A DNA stretch of 64,000 nt from assembly GCA_034520565.1 (NCBI GenBank), contig JAXHNL010000002.1, positions 448,001-512,000 of the forward strand. The letters are read 5' to 3'. Made by a program: the position numbers and the translations under genes. Under the pieces are notes generated by a model. That model saw nothing but the letters and a program-made list of their open reading frames with translations, made no database searches and was not told the DNA's origin. The DNA comes from Halodesulfurarchaeum sp. Its GTDB lineage: Archaea; Halobacteriota; Halobacteria; Halobacteriales; Halobacteriaceae. Shown here in pieces: positions 50,287 through 59,961 of the stretch. Every line of letters starts with the position of its first letter. Positions within the stretch are counted from its first letter, which is position 1.

Positions 50287-50484
50287 TGCCCGGGGCTATG
50301 CCGTCGAGGGGTTAAAGTGGCCCGTCATAGCCGCCGATCGGTGGGACTCCGGTCCCGGCTCCAGGGGACCCGGGCGGTGCGTATTGCACCGCCGGCCGTT
50401 CCGTTGCACCGCTCCGAATGGAGCGGACGCCTCGCCACCGTGCCGGAAAGGGTTTCTATCTCGATACGCAATCCCAGAGCACGC

Positions 50485-51366
50485 ATGGAGTGGAAAGCTG
50501 ACTGGGGCCTGCGGCTTCGGATGGGCGTGACGATGTTCCTGCTCTTCGTCCTCTACATCGTCTTCGCCGGCGTGATCACCGTCTACCTGGGCGGTGGCGC
50601 GACCATGATGCTCCTCTTTTTCGGGGGGTTCTCGCTCGTCCAGTGGTTCTTCAGCGACAAGCTCACCCTCTGGTCGATGGGCGCCAAAGAGGTGACCCCG
50701 GAGGAGCAGCCAAAGTTGCACGCGACGATCTCCCGGCTCTCCCAGCAGGCTGACCTCCCGAAGCCGAAGGTGGCCGTCGTCGACTCGCAGGTGCCAAACG
50801 CCTTCGCGACGGGCCGCTCGAAGAACAACGCCGCCGTGGCCGTCACGACGGGCATCATGCAGACCCTCGACGAGGACGAACTCGAGGGGGTCCTCGCTCA
50901 CGAACTCTCCCACATCAAGAACCGGGACATGACGGTGATGACGATCGCCTCGTTCCTCTCGACGCTCGCCTTCATCGTCGTCCGCTGGGGCTGGCTGTTC
51001 GCCGGTGGCCGGAACCGCCAGGGCGGGGGCGCACCGGTCTTCGTGGCGATCGCCGTCTCGATCGTGGTCTGGATCATCTCCTTCCTGCTCATCCGGGCGC
51101 TCTCGCGGTACCGGGAGTACGCCGCGGACCGCGGGGCCGCGATGATCAGCGGGAAGCCGTCGAAACTGGCCTCGGCGCTGTTGAAGATCGACAACCGGAT
51201 CGATCGGGTTCCCAAGGAGGACCTCCGGGACGAGGCCGAGATGAACGCCTTCTTCATCATCCCGATCAAGGCCGGATTCGTCGGCAAGCTCTTCAGCACC
51301 CACCCACCGACCGAACGCCGCGTCGAGCGCCTCCGTGATCTCGAAAAGGAGATCGAGACGGTCTAA
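50485..51366 (+). CDS. htpX: Zinc metalloprotease HtpX
   Basis: PNAFATGR, AHELSH, SRYREYAADRG, STHPPTERR. Confidence 0.95.
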   Translation: MEWKADWGLRLRMGVTMFLLFVLYIVFAGVITVYLGGGATMMLLFFGGFSLVQWFFSDKLTLWSMGAKEVTPEEQPKLHATISRLSQQADLPKPKVAVVDSQVPNAFATGRSKNNAAVAVTTGIMQTLDEDELEGVLAHELSHIKNRDMTVMTIASFLSTLAFIVVRWGWLFAGGRNRQGGGAPVFVAIAVSIVVWIISFLLIRALSRYREYAADRGAAMISGKPSKLASALLKIDNRIDRVPKEDLRDEAEMNAFFIIPIKAGFVGKLFSTHPPTERRVERLRDLEKEIETV

Positions 51367-51367
51367 C

Positions 51368-51964
51368 ATGGGAATTCTCGACAGCTTCCGGAAGATCTTC
51401 GGCAGTCAGGCCGCGGCCGACGCCACCCGCGCAGCCGACCCCGACGACCTGTTCCAGTTGACCGCGGCCTCGGTGACGATGACCGTCGACCTCGATTACG
51501 AGCCCGGGGACACCGCGGGACTGGTCTTCTCCGCGATGGACTCGACGGATTTCACGAGCGCGCTGCGGGACGTCGAGGCGGTCCTCGAGGGCAGCGGCTG
51601 GTCGCAGGTCCACGAGGACGACCACGGGTATACCTGGGCGGTCGCGACCCGCGACGGGTTCGAGGAACTCGTCGCGGACCTCTACGTCGCCGCCGACACC
51701 CTCGAGGATCGGGGCTACGGCAACCGGCTGCTCGCGGCGGTCTTCCACTTCGAACCCGAAGCCGGCGGCGACGGTGTCTACTGGATCTACTCGTTCCGCC
51801 GCGGCTCCTTCTATCCATTCGCACCGCGTGGCACGTCGGACCGAAACGACTCCCTGGAGGTCAAACTCCAGTCGGTCATGGACGACGAACTCGACGTCGA
51901 GGAGGACACGGCCTACTGGTATCCGCTCTGGCCGGACCGGGCCGGCGCCCACCCCTGGGAATAA
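51368..51964 (+). CDS. PspAB-like conserved protein
   Basis: DDHGYTW, YGNRLLAAVF, YWIYSFRRGSFYPFAP, WYPLW; follows htpX. Confidence 0.75.
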   Translation: MGILDSFRKIFGSQAAADATRAADPDDLFQLTAASVTMTVDLDYEPGDTAGLVFSAMDSTDFTSALRDVEAVLEGSGWSQVHEDDHGYTWAVATRDGFEELVADLYVAADTLEDRGYGNRLLAAVFHFEPEAGGDGVYWIYSFRRGSFYPFAPRGTSDRNDSLEVKLQSVMDDELDVEEDTAYWYPLWPDRAGAHPWE

Positions 51965-52066
51965 AACCTTGTGCCAAGCCTCGAATCGGCCGGTTCCCCT
52001 GTGGCGATTTCACTTTCACTTTGGTGTTTACGAATGTTTATCCCCGGAGCCGCACAATCCCCGCCC

Positions 52067-53101
52067 ATGGCAAGTGACGCGGATCTCGAAGACCTGCCGG
52101 GCGTGGGGCCAGCGACTGCCGACAAGCTCATGGACGCCGGTTTCGACTCCTACGAGGGACTGGCGGTCGCCTCACCGGGCGAGTTGTCGAACACGGCCGA
52201 CGTGGGCGAATCGAGCGCGGCCGACATCATCAACGCGGCCCGCGAGAAGGCAGACGTCGGGGGCTTCGAGAGCGGCCGGGACGTCCTCGAGCGCCGGGAG
52301 CAGATCGGCAAACTCACCTGGGGGGTCGACGCGGTCGACGACCTGCTGGGCGGCGGCTCGGAAACCCAGTCCATCACGGAGGTCTACGGCGAGTTCGGCT
52401 CCGGGAAGTCCCAGATCACCCACCAGCTCTGTGTCACCGTCCAGCTCCCCGAGGCGTACGGCGGCCTCAGGGGAAGTGCCATCTTCGTCGACAGCGAGGA
52501 CACGTTCCGCCCCGAGCGGATCGACGACATGGTGCGGGGGCTCGACGACGAGACCCTCCAGGCGACGATGGACGACCGGGAAATCGAGGGCAGCCCCGAC
52601 GACGACGCGGCGATGGAAACCCTGATCGAGGACGTCCTCGACAAGATCCACGTCGCGAAGGCCTTCAACTCGAACCACCAGATCCTGCTGGCCGAGAAGG
52701 CAAAGGAGGTCGCCTCCGAGCACCAGGACAGCGAGTGGCCGGTCCGCCTGCTCAACGTCGACTCGCTCACCGCCCACTTCCGGGCGGAGTACGTCGGTCG
52801 GGGCGAACTCGCCGACCGCCAGCAGAAGCTCAACAAGCACCTGCACGACCTGTTGCGAATCGGCGACCTCTACAATACTGCGGTGGTCGTGACCAACCAG
52901 GTCCAGTCGAACCCCGATGCCTTCTTCGGCGACCCGACCAAGCCGATCGGCGGGAACATTCTGGGCCACACCTCCACGTTCCGCATCTACCTCCGGAAAT
53001 CCAAGGGTAGCAAGCGGATCGTACGGCTCGTCGACGCCCCGAACCTCGCGGACGGGGAAGCAGTCATGCGCGTCGAGGACGGCGGCCTCATGCCCGAGTG
53101 A
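52067..53101 (+). CDS. radA: DNA repair/recombination protein RadA
   Basis: LPGVGPATA Hh[45 protein letters not shown]. Confidence 0.98.
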   Translation: MASDADLEDLPGVGPATADKLMDAGFDSYEGLAVASPGELSNTADVGESSAADIINAAREKADVGGFESGRDVLERREQIGKLTWGVDAVDDLLGGGSETQSITEVYGEFGSGKSQITHQLCVTVQLPEAYGGLRGSAIFVDSEDTFRPERIDDMVRGLDDETLQATMDDREIEGSPDDDAAMETLIEDVLDKIHVAKAFNSNHQILLAEKAKEVASEHQDSEWPVRLLNVDSLTAHFRAEYVGRGELADRQQKLNKHLHDLLRIGDLYNTAVVVTNQVQSNPDAFFGDPTKPIGGNILGHTSTFRIYLRKSKGSKRIVRLVDAPNLADGEAVMRVEDGGLMPE

Positions 53102-53102
53102 T

Positions 53103-53121
53103 CCGTCACGGTTCGTGACGG
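53103..53121 (+). terminator. Hairpin after radA stop
   Basis: CCGTCACG-GTT-CGTGACGG perfect 8-bp stem. Confidence 0.45.
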
Positions 53122-53364
53122 TTCCGGGATAGGATCGAAGGCGTGGGCGGGCAAACGCCCCGGCAAACGGACGATTTTGCGGCCCGTTTGGCGCTTCAAA
53201 ACCACGTTTGGGTGGGTAGTGAGCGTCTCGCCCACGACGGTGAGGGTCTCGGGACCCGTTTGGCGCTGCCAAACGCCCTTGAGGATGGCGGGAGATTCCC
53301 GCAATCTTGGAATGAAAATGCATTACTACGCTGAACGACGTAGGCATACTGTGGTGGACGCAAA

Positions 53365-53760
53365 ATGACCGGCTATGCAATCGTCCTCGCCTCCGAGGAG
53401 TTCGAACGAGTGCAGGCAGTGAGCATGATCGCGAGCGTCGCTGCCTCCTCGGACGTTCCAGTGGAGGTCTTCGTGACGATGAACGGACTCAACGCCTTCG
53501 AGAAAGAGACGGTGGAAAATCGGGACTTCACGGGCGGTCGCGTCGCGAAAGCGATGCAATCCGCCGAGAACGAGAGTCCACTTTTCACCGAGCAGCTCGA
53601 AAAGGCAAAGGCCATCGGCCCACTCAACGTGTACGCGTGTGAGATGGCGATGGACGTGCTCGGAAACGAGATCGAGGATTACGTCGACGTCTTCGACGAC
53701 GTGCTGGGCGTTTCCGGGTTCCTGAACCGCGCACAAGACAAACAGATCATCTTCGTATAA
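53365..53760 (+). CDS. DsrE/DrsE_2-family sulfur-transfer protein
   Basis: VEVFVTMNGL, VYACEMAMD, VLGVSGFL..A....IFV. Confidence 0.85.
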   Translation: MTGYAIVLASEEFERVQAVSMIASVAASSDVPVEVFVTMNGLNAFEKETVENRDFTGGRVAKAMQSAENESPLFTEQLEKAKAIGPLNVYACEMAMDVLGNEIEDYVDVFDDVLGVSGFLNRAQDKQIIFV

Positions 53761-53765
53761 CAACA

Positions 53766-54008
53766 ATGAGCGAAACAGACATTCAAGCGGACGTTACGGT
53801 GGACGCACGCGGCTCGGCCTGCCCGGGCCCCCTGATGGACCTGATCGGCAAGATCAAAGACGTCGAAGAAGGAACGGTCGTCGCGCTCCTCACCGGCGAC
53901 GAAGGGTCGAAAAACGACGTGCCCGAATGGGTCGAAGAAGCGAACCACGAACTCCTCGACACCGTCGACGAAGGGGAGTATTACTCGATCTACGTGAAAA
54001 AGACCTGA
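53766..54008 (+). CDS. tusA: TusA-family sulfurtransferase
   Basis: VDARGSACPGP (CPxP) and DVPEW motifs. Confidence 0.9.
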   Translation: MSETDIQADVTVDARGSACPGPLMDLIGKIKDVEEGTVVALLTGDEGSKNDVPEWVEEANHELLDTVDEGEYYSIYVKKT

Positions 54009-54009
54009 T

Positions 54010-55149
54010 ATGACGGAGCGAATCGTCATCGTCGGTGGCGGATCCGGCGGCACGATCACGGCCAACCGCCTCGCCGAGGAACTGCAGGGAGAGATCGATG
54101 CGGGAGCGGTGGAGGTCACGATCGTCAGTGACAACCCGAACCACGTCTACAAACCGCTCTTTCTCTACGTGCCCTTCGGCGAAGCGGACCTGTCGGATAC
54201 CACGCGCCCGCTCGTCGATCTGGTCGACCGCCGAGTCAACTTGGTCTACGAGCGCGTGACGGAAATCGACACGGACGGCAAGTCCCTCTCGATGGCCGAC
54301 GGCAGCGATCTCGGCTACGATTACCTCGTCGTCGGGACCGGCGCGATTCCCCAGCCCGAGGAGACCCCCGGACTGGGTGCGGATGGCCCCGGCCATCACT
54401 TCTACGGCCCCGAAGCGTCCGAGGAGCTCCGCGAAGCGCTCGCGGACTTCGAGGAGGGACATCTCGTCCTCTCGGTCATCGGCACGCCACACGTCTGTCC
54501 GGCGGCCCCGGCCGAGTTCCCGATGATCGTCGACCAGTGGCTCCGCGAACGCGGCGTTCGCGAAGACGTCGAGATCACCTACACCTACCCCATCCAGCGG
54601 CTCCACGGGGTTCGACCCGTTGCCGAGTGGCTGGTCCCACGCTTCGAGGAACGTGACATCAAGACGCAGACGTTCTTCAACCTCGAAAACGTCGAGGACG
54701 GGACCATGGAGACCCTGGAGGGGAAGGAACTCGACTTCGACCTGCTGGTGGGTATTCCCGAGTTCACCGCCTCGCCGATCATCGAAGCGGCCGGCCTGGG
54801 CGAGGAGTGGATGGAGGTCGATCGGAACACCCTCGAATCCGACCACGCCGAGGACGTCTATGGCATCGGCGACGTGACCAACCTCCCGACCAGCAAGGCA
54901 GGGAGTGTTGCCCACTACGCCTCGGGCACGCTGGTCTCTCGAATCGCGAGCGAAATTCGAGGGCAGACCCCGACGGCAACCTTCCACGGCAAGACGATCT
55001 GCTTCATCGAAGCCGGGACCGAGGAAGGGACGTTCATCGAGTTCGGCTACGGTCGCGAACCCGTCGTGCGCGACGAGAACGAGTTCCTCCACTGGTCGAA
55101 GCTCGGCTACAACGAAGCCTACTGGCTCACCGCCAGAGGGGTGATGTAA
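54010..55149 (+). CDS. sqr: Sulfide:quinone oxidoreductase-like FAD protein
   Basis: IVIVGGGSGG, HVYKP, YDYLVVGTG, CPAAPAE, YGIGD, SKAGSVAH, TICF (second Cys). Confidence 0.82.
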   Translation: MTERIVIVGGGSGGTITANRLAEELQGEIDAGAVEVTIVSDNPNHVYKPLFLYVPFGEADLSDTTRPLVDLVDRRVNLVYERVTEIDTDGKSLSMADGSDLGYDYLVVGTGAIPQPEETPGLGADGPGHHFYGPEASEELREALADFEEGHLVLSVIGTPHVCPAAPAEFPMIVDQWLRERGVREDVEITYTYPIQRLHGVRPVAEWLVPRFEERDIKTQTFFNLENVEDGTMETLEGKELDFDLLVGIPEFTASPIIEAAGLGEEWMEVDRNTLESDHAEDVYGIGDVTNLPTSKAGSVAHYASGTLVSRIASEIRGQTPTATFHGKTICFIEAGTEEGTFIEFGYGREPVVRDENEFLHWSKLGYNEAYWLTARGVM

Positions 55150-55578
55150 ATGAGTGACGAAATCGACGAACTCGAAGCCGAATCGGAAGCGATTCAGGAA
55201 GCGGCCGACACGATGGTCGAACTCCAGCAGGACGGCACGCTGGATGACCTGACCGAGGCGGCCACGGCCGTCTCGCTCCTCGCGAACGCGCTCGACGACG
55301 AGATGGTCGTCGAGGCTGCGGGGCTGGCAAACGAACTCGGCCTGGTCGCCGGCAGTGCGAACCAGCCGAACGTGATCCGCACCCTCGCGACCATGATGGA
55401 CGCGATGGACGAGGCAAACGCCTTCGAGGATCCCGAACAGGTCGGGATGTTCGGCGCGGTCGGCAAGATGCGGGATCCGGACGTACAGCGCGGACTGGGC
55501 TTCTTACTCGAGTTCCTCGGCGCGCTCGGTCGCCAGATCGAGCGACGCTCCGAGGCCTACGAGCAGGCAGAAAACTGA
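55150..55578 (+). CDS. DUF1641-domain protein
   Basis: C-terminal VGMFGAVGKMRDPDVQRGLGFLLEFLGALG. Confidence 0.85.
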   Translation: MSDEIDELEAESEAIQEAADTMVELQQDGTLDDLTEAATAVSLLANALDDEMVVEAAGLANELGLVAGSANQPNVIRTLATMMDAMDEANAFEDPEQVGMFGAVGKMRDPDVQRGLGFLLEFLGALGRQIERRSEAYEQAEN

Positions 55579-55632
55579 GATTTTTCGGGATTCGGTCCGA
55601 TTCGAAACCACCGGGGAGCCGAGTCCGCCGAG

Positions 55633-56052
55633 TTAGCCCTCGAGTTGAGTCGTCTGGTCCTCGAGGTCGCCCGTGTAGATCGCCGCCCCGTCCTGGACGA
55701 CCTTCTCCGCGAGCACCGCACACTTGATCCGCATTGGACTGATCTCCCCACCCAGCAGGTCGACCATGTCCTCCCGTTCGAGTTCCTGGACTTCCTCGAG
55801 TGTCATCCCCGGGAGCTGCTGGCCGAGCAGACTCGCGCCGGCCTGACTGATCGCACACCCCTCCCCACGGAAGGCGACCGACTCGATGGTTTCGCCGTCG
55901 TCGGCCAACTCGACGTCGAACTCGAGGTCGTCACCGCAGGAGGGGTTGTGCCCCCGGTGGCTAAACGTCGGCTCGGCGAGTTCGCCGTAGTTCCGGGGGT
56001 TCTTGTAGTGATCCAGGATCTGCTGGCGGTACATGTCCGATCCCATGCTCAT
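55633..56052 (-). CDS. sufU: SufU/IscU scaffold-family protein
   Basis: ILDHYKNPRN, NPSCGD, GCAISQA, RIKCA. Confidence 0.93.
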   Translation of the reverse strand: MSMGSDMYRQQILDHYKNPRNYGELAEPTFSHRGHNPSCGDDLEFDVELADDGETIESVAFRGEGCAISQAGASLLGQQLPGMTLEEVQELEREDMVDLLGGEISPMRIKCAVLAEKVVQDGAAIYTGDLEDQTTQLEG

Positions 56053-56107
56053 GTCCCGGGCTACGCGAGCGGGGATACAAGGATCCTGCGGGTGATCGAA
56101 CCGAGAC

Positions 56108-57355
56108 TCAGGCAAACAGGTCACGGGCGGCGTCCAACCCGGAACACAGCGCATCGACCTCCGCGGTCGTGTTGTAGAGATAGAAGGAGGCGCGGGCGGT
56201 GGCCGACACGCCGAGTTCGTCGTGCAGCGGCTGGGTACAGTGGTCGCCGGCCCGGATCGCCACGCCGAACTCGTTCAAGATCGAGGAGAGATCGTGCGGA
56301 TGCACGCCGTCGAGGGTGAACGAAACGAGCGAGCCACGTTCCTCCCCGAGTGGTGGGCCATACACCGTCACGTCCTCGCGCTCGGCGAGCCGTTCGTGGG
56401 CGTACTGAGTCACCCAGGCCTCGTGGGCCTGCACCTCGCCCATTCCCAGATGGTCGAGGTAGTCCGCGGCCGCGGCGAACCCGATACCCTCTGCGATCGG
56501 GGGCGTCCCGGCCTCGAACTTCATGGGGACGTCGGCCCACGTCGCGCCCTCGAACGTGACCCGCTCGATCATGCCGCCGCCGTACTGGAACGGCTCCATT
56601 TCCTCGAGGAGCTCCGCGCGGCCGTAGAGCGCGCCAATACCGGTCGGCCCGGCCATCTTGTGCCCCGAGAACGCGTAGAAGTCGACGTCCAAGGCTTTGA
56701 CGTCGACCGGTCGGTTGGGTACGGCCTGGGCCCCGTCGCCGAGAATCACGGCGTCGTGTTCGTGGGCCATCTCGGCGAGCTCTGCAAGCGGGTTGACCGT
56801 CCCGAGCGTGTTCGAGACGTGGGGCACACTCACCACTTCCACGTCGTCGTCGATGAGACCGGCGGCTTTCTCCATGTCGAGTCTGCCGGTGTCATCCACG
56901 GGGATGTGCCGGACGTCGGCACCCGTTCGGTCGGCGATCTGTGCGAACGGAACCAGCGAGGCGTGGTGGTCCATCTCCGTCAGGACGACCGCTTTCCCGG
57001 GTTCGAGGTGTTCGCGACCCCAGGCCTGGGCGACCGTGTTCATCGCTTCAGTCGTGTTCTTCGTAAAGACGAGCTCCTCGCGGCCGTCGGCCCCGACGAA
57101 GTGCCCGATGCGGTCGTGGGCCTCCTCGTATTCGATCGAGGCCTCCATCGAGAGCTGATGGATCCCCCGGTCGACGTTCGCGTTGTACTCGCGATAGAAC
57201 TCGTTCATCGCCTCGATAACCGGCACCGGCGTCTGGCTCGTCGCAGCGTTGTCGAGGTAGACCAGCGGCGTGTCTTCATCGACCATCCGCGAGAGGATCG
57301 GGAAGTCCTCGCGGACGGCCTCGACGTCGAGTGGTTCTGGCTCCGTGGCCGTCAT
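56108..57355 (-). CDS. sufS: Cysteine desulfurase (SufS group)
   Basis: YLDNAAT, DGAQ, FSGHKM, EAGTP, RAGDHC, RASFYLYN. Confidence 0.95.
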   Translation of the reverse strand: MTATEPEPLDVEAVREDFPILSRMVDEDTPLVYLDNAATSQTPVPVIEAMNEFYREYNANVDRGIHQLSMEASIEYEEAHDRIGHFVGADGREELVFTKNTTEAMNTVAQAWGREHLEPGKAVVLTEMDHHASLVPFAQIADRTGADVRHIPVDDTGRLDMEKAAGLIDDDVEVVSVPHVSNTLGTVNPLAELAEMAHEHDAVILGDGAQAVPNRPVDVKALDVDFYAFSGHKMAGPTGIGALYGRAELLEEMEPFQYGGGMIERVTFEGATWADVPMKFEAGTPPIAEGIGFAAAADYLDHLGMGEVQAHEAWVTQYAHERLAEREDVTVYGPPLGEERGSLVSFTLDGVHPHDLSSILNEFGVAIRAGDHCTQPLHDELGVSATARASFYLYNTTAEVDALCSGLDAARDLFA

Positions 57356-57448
57356 TGCTCACCGTTTGGAGGTGGGCCCCCAAGTGTCGTTCGGTCGGTT
57401 GAGCACGCGCCGGCTCCCTCAGTTGGGAGTCGGCATCCGGACCCGGTT

Positions 57449-57511
57449 CCAGCTCTCCAGCGGGACCCTTGCCCAAACTCTCCAGCGAAACCCGCTCCCA
57501 GTTCTCCAGCG
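57449..57511. repeat. Three imperfect direct repeats with 24-25 bp period
   Basis: Core (C/T)TCTCCAGCG at 57453, 57478 and 57502. Confidence 0.65.
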
Positions 57512-57599
57512 CTCGCAATTGCGCCCACGGCGCCCGAATCTACGTATCACAATACTTTACCACCCGAGCGGAGAAGTTCGACCAAGAAGCCGTCGAGTC

Positions 57600-58493
57600 A
57601 TGACCGATTCAGATTCACTTCCCGAACAGGACATCACCGGTACGGACTGGGACTACCTCATCGTTCTCGATGCGGCCCGGTACGACGTCTTCGCGGACAT
57701 CTACGAGGAGTACCTCGACGGCACGTTGACGAAAGTTCGGAGCCCCGGCTCGGCGACCCCGGAGTGGGCGACCCGGACCTTTACCGGCCAGCACGAGCTG
57801 ACCTACCTCTCCGCGAACCCGTTCATCAACAGCCTGGGGATCCCGCTCAACGAACTCAAGTGGGGAGCCTCCTCGGGGTACGAGTGGACCGCCACCGACC
57901 ACATCGACACCATCGTCGATCTCTGGCAGGACGAGTGGGAAGAGGACCTGGGAGCGGTCACGCCACAGGCGGTAACCGAAGCCGCCCGTCGACAGCTCGA
58001 ATCGGGGTACGATGGTCGACTGGTCGTGCACTACCTCCAGCCCCACGCCCCGTTCATCCAGGAGGGCACGGGCCGCAAGATGAAGCGCATCAAGGCCGGG
58101 TTCGACGACGTTCCCGAGGCGGGCAACGCTCCGGAGGAATCGGACTCCTCCCTCGGCGGCCGGCTCAGGCGGTGGATCGAGCCCAAGCTGGGCAACAGCG
58201 AACTCGCCCAGCGACTGGGCATGCTTGTGGAACTCGACGCCGGGAGCGCGACGGACATCGTCACCGAGGGCATCGAGGACACGCTGCGTGAGTACTACGA
58301 GGACAACCTCCGGCTGGCGCTCGCCGAGACCGCGAAACTCGTCGAAGAGCTGGACGGAACGGTGGTGGTCACCTCGGATCATGGCGAGGCCTTCGGCGAG
58401 CAGGGCGTCTGGGAGCACCATATCGAGACGTACATCCCGGAACTGGTGGACGTTCCGTGGCTCGAAGTGGACACTGCCAAAAGCGAGGAGTAA
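57600..58493 (+). CDS. Alkaline phosphatase/sulfatase-superfamily protein
   Basis: LIVLDAARYD, SATPEW, HYLQPHAPF, TSDHGEAFGE, VPW. Confidence 0.85.
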   Translation: MTDSDSLPEQDITGTDWDYLIVLDAARYDVFADIYEEYLDGTLTKVRSPGSATPEWATRTFTGQHELTYLSANPFINSLGIPLNELKWGASSGYEWTATDHIDTIVDLWQDEWEEDLGAVTPQAVTEAARRQLESGYDGRLVVHYLQPHAPFIQEGTGRKMKRIKAGFDDVPEAGNAPEESDSSLGGRLRRWIEPKLGNSELAQRLGMLVELDAGSATDIVTEGIEDTLREYYEDNLRLALAETAKLVEELDGTVVVTSDHGEAFGEQGVWEHHIETYIPELVDVPWLEVDTAKSEE

Positions 58494-58611
58494 TGAGACC
58501 CCCGGAACACGTTTTGGCGAGGGGGAAATCCGGGCACACGAGCGATCGCCGAGAGGTGTTTGGAACCCACAGAGCCCTGTGCGGGCCTGGATCGCCCGGG
58601 GGCGGGAGACC

Positions 58612-59631
58612 ATGAACAGACAGCAGCTCGCAGTGCTGGGATTCCTCGGCTCGCTCGCGGTGATGGGCCTTCTGCTCTCGATCGTCGGGATCGAGCGGAT
58701 CGGCGAGGCCCTCTCCGCGGCCAGCCCGGAACTGCTCGCGGTCGTCGCACTCTTCGGGCTCGGGCAAATCGCCGCCTGGGGACTCTCCCTGCGGGCGGTA
58801 CTCGGTTCGCTCGACGTCCCGGTTTCCCGCCGGAAGGGGATCGCTCTCTACGGATCGGCCATGTTCGCGAACAACGTCACCCCCTTCGGCCAGGCCGGTG
58901 GCGAACCGGTCACGGCGTACGTGATCAACCGAGTGACCGAGACGCGGTTCGAAACCGGTCTCGCCGCCATCGCGACGGTCGACGCCGCCCACGTCGTCAC
59001 CTCCCTGGGGATCGCGGTCTCGGGGGCGCTGTTGACGGTGACGGTCTTCTCGCCGAACCGGAAGTTGACACTGGTCGTGCTCGCGGTACTGGCTCTCGCC
59101 CTCCTCGGAGTGGTGGTGGCAACCCTGCTTCTCCGGTACCGACGGTCGATCGTCCGGCGGCTCGAAGCCCCAGTCTCGGACGCCGTCGACCGGCTCAGGG
59201 CCTCGTTTCCGGACCTCCTGGCCGAACTGTTGCAAACGGCCCGAAAGCGCTTTGCAGCGTTCCGGGCTGACCTGGGCCGGATCGCCGCGAGCCGAACCTC
59301 GCTGGCCCAGGTGCTTACCTACTCGAGTGCCGGCTGGCTCTTCGAGGTCGGCGCCCTGTCGGTCGCGCTCTGGGGACTGGGTGGGCCGGTCCCCGTCGCG
59401 ACGCTATTGATCGTTATCCCGGTTGGCAAACTCGCCGGGTTCGTCCCGCTCCCGGGCGGATTCGGCAGCATCGAAGCCACGATCGTCGCCCTGCTCGTTG
59501 CGACCACCCCGGCCGGGAGCGGCGTGGCGACGGCCGCCGTATTGCTCCACCGGGCGGCGACCTACTGGCTCCCGACGATCCTGGGTGGCGGCGTGTCACT
59601 GGCGCTCGGTGTCAGTTCGCGGTGGGGTTGA
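58612..59631 (+). CDS. Lysylphosphatidylglycerol synthase TM-domain (flippase-like) protein
   Basis: FANNVTPFGQAGGEP, PLPGGFGSIE, LLHRAATYW. Confidence 0.88.
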   Translation: MNRQQLAVLGFLGSLAVMGLLLSIVGIERIGEALSAASPELLAVVALFGLGQIAAWGLSLRAVLGSLDVPVSRRKGIALYGSAMFANNVTPFGQAGGEPVTAYVINRVTETRFETGLAAIATVDAAHVVTSLGIAVSGALLTVTVFSPNRKLTLVVLAVLALALLGVVVATLLLRYRRSIVRRLEAPVSDAVDRLRASFPDLLAELLQTARKRFAAFRADLGRIAASRTSLAQVLTYSSAGWLFEVGALSVALWGLGGPVPVATLLIVIPVGKLAGFVPLPGGFGSIEATIVALLVATTPAGSGVATAAVLLHRAATYWLPTILGGGVSLALGVSSRWG

Positions 59632-59670
59632 GATTGCGAACTGGCCGCCTGGCCGGTGCAGAAAGCGAGA

Positions 59671-59961
59671 CTACAACCGAAGGTATTGCGCGTGGAGCGT
59701 CTGTTCGACCTCGAGCACGTTGCCCTCCTCGATGAAGCCCTCCTCGATGGCGAGCTCGACCGTCTCGGTCCCGACGAGGTTGGCGATGCTCGCCCGGGAC
59801 AGCGCCTCGATCACGGTCTCGGTCTCGGCCCGCTCGCCGCCGTAGAAGTCCTCGGTGACCGAGAGGGAAATCGAGCCCTCCTCGAAGGTCTCGCCGAGCA
59901 CGTCCGGGTCACAGACCGTGATCAGCAGGCCCTGTTCGGTGTGTCGCTCCGTGAGGATCAT
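59671..59961 (-). CDS. DUF424-family protein
   Basis: VCDPDVLG..F, FYGG, IANLVG. Confidence 0.85.
   Translation of the reverse strand: MILTERHTEQGLLITVCDPDVLGETFEEGSISLSVTEDFYGGERAETETVIEALSRASIANLVGTETVELAIEEGFIEEGNVLEVEQTLHAQYLRL

Noticed and set aside
42643-53101. Inteins in rfcS or radA
   Set aside because: Both proteins are normal length with uninterrupted P-loop regions.
2637-58291. Many long antisense or alternate-frame ORFs (e.g. 2637-4043, 12133-13875, 15703-17610, 44185-45963, 56222-58291)
   Set aside because: Shadow ORFs typical of high-GC coding DNA; they overlap well-supported genes and lack recognisable motifs.
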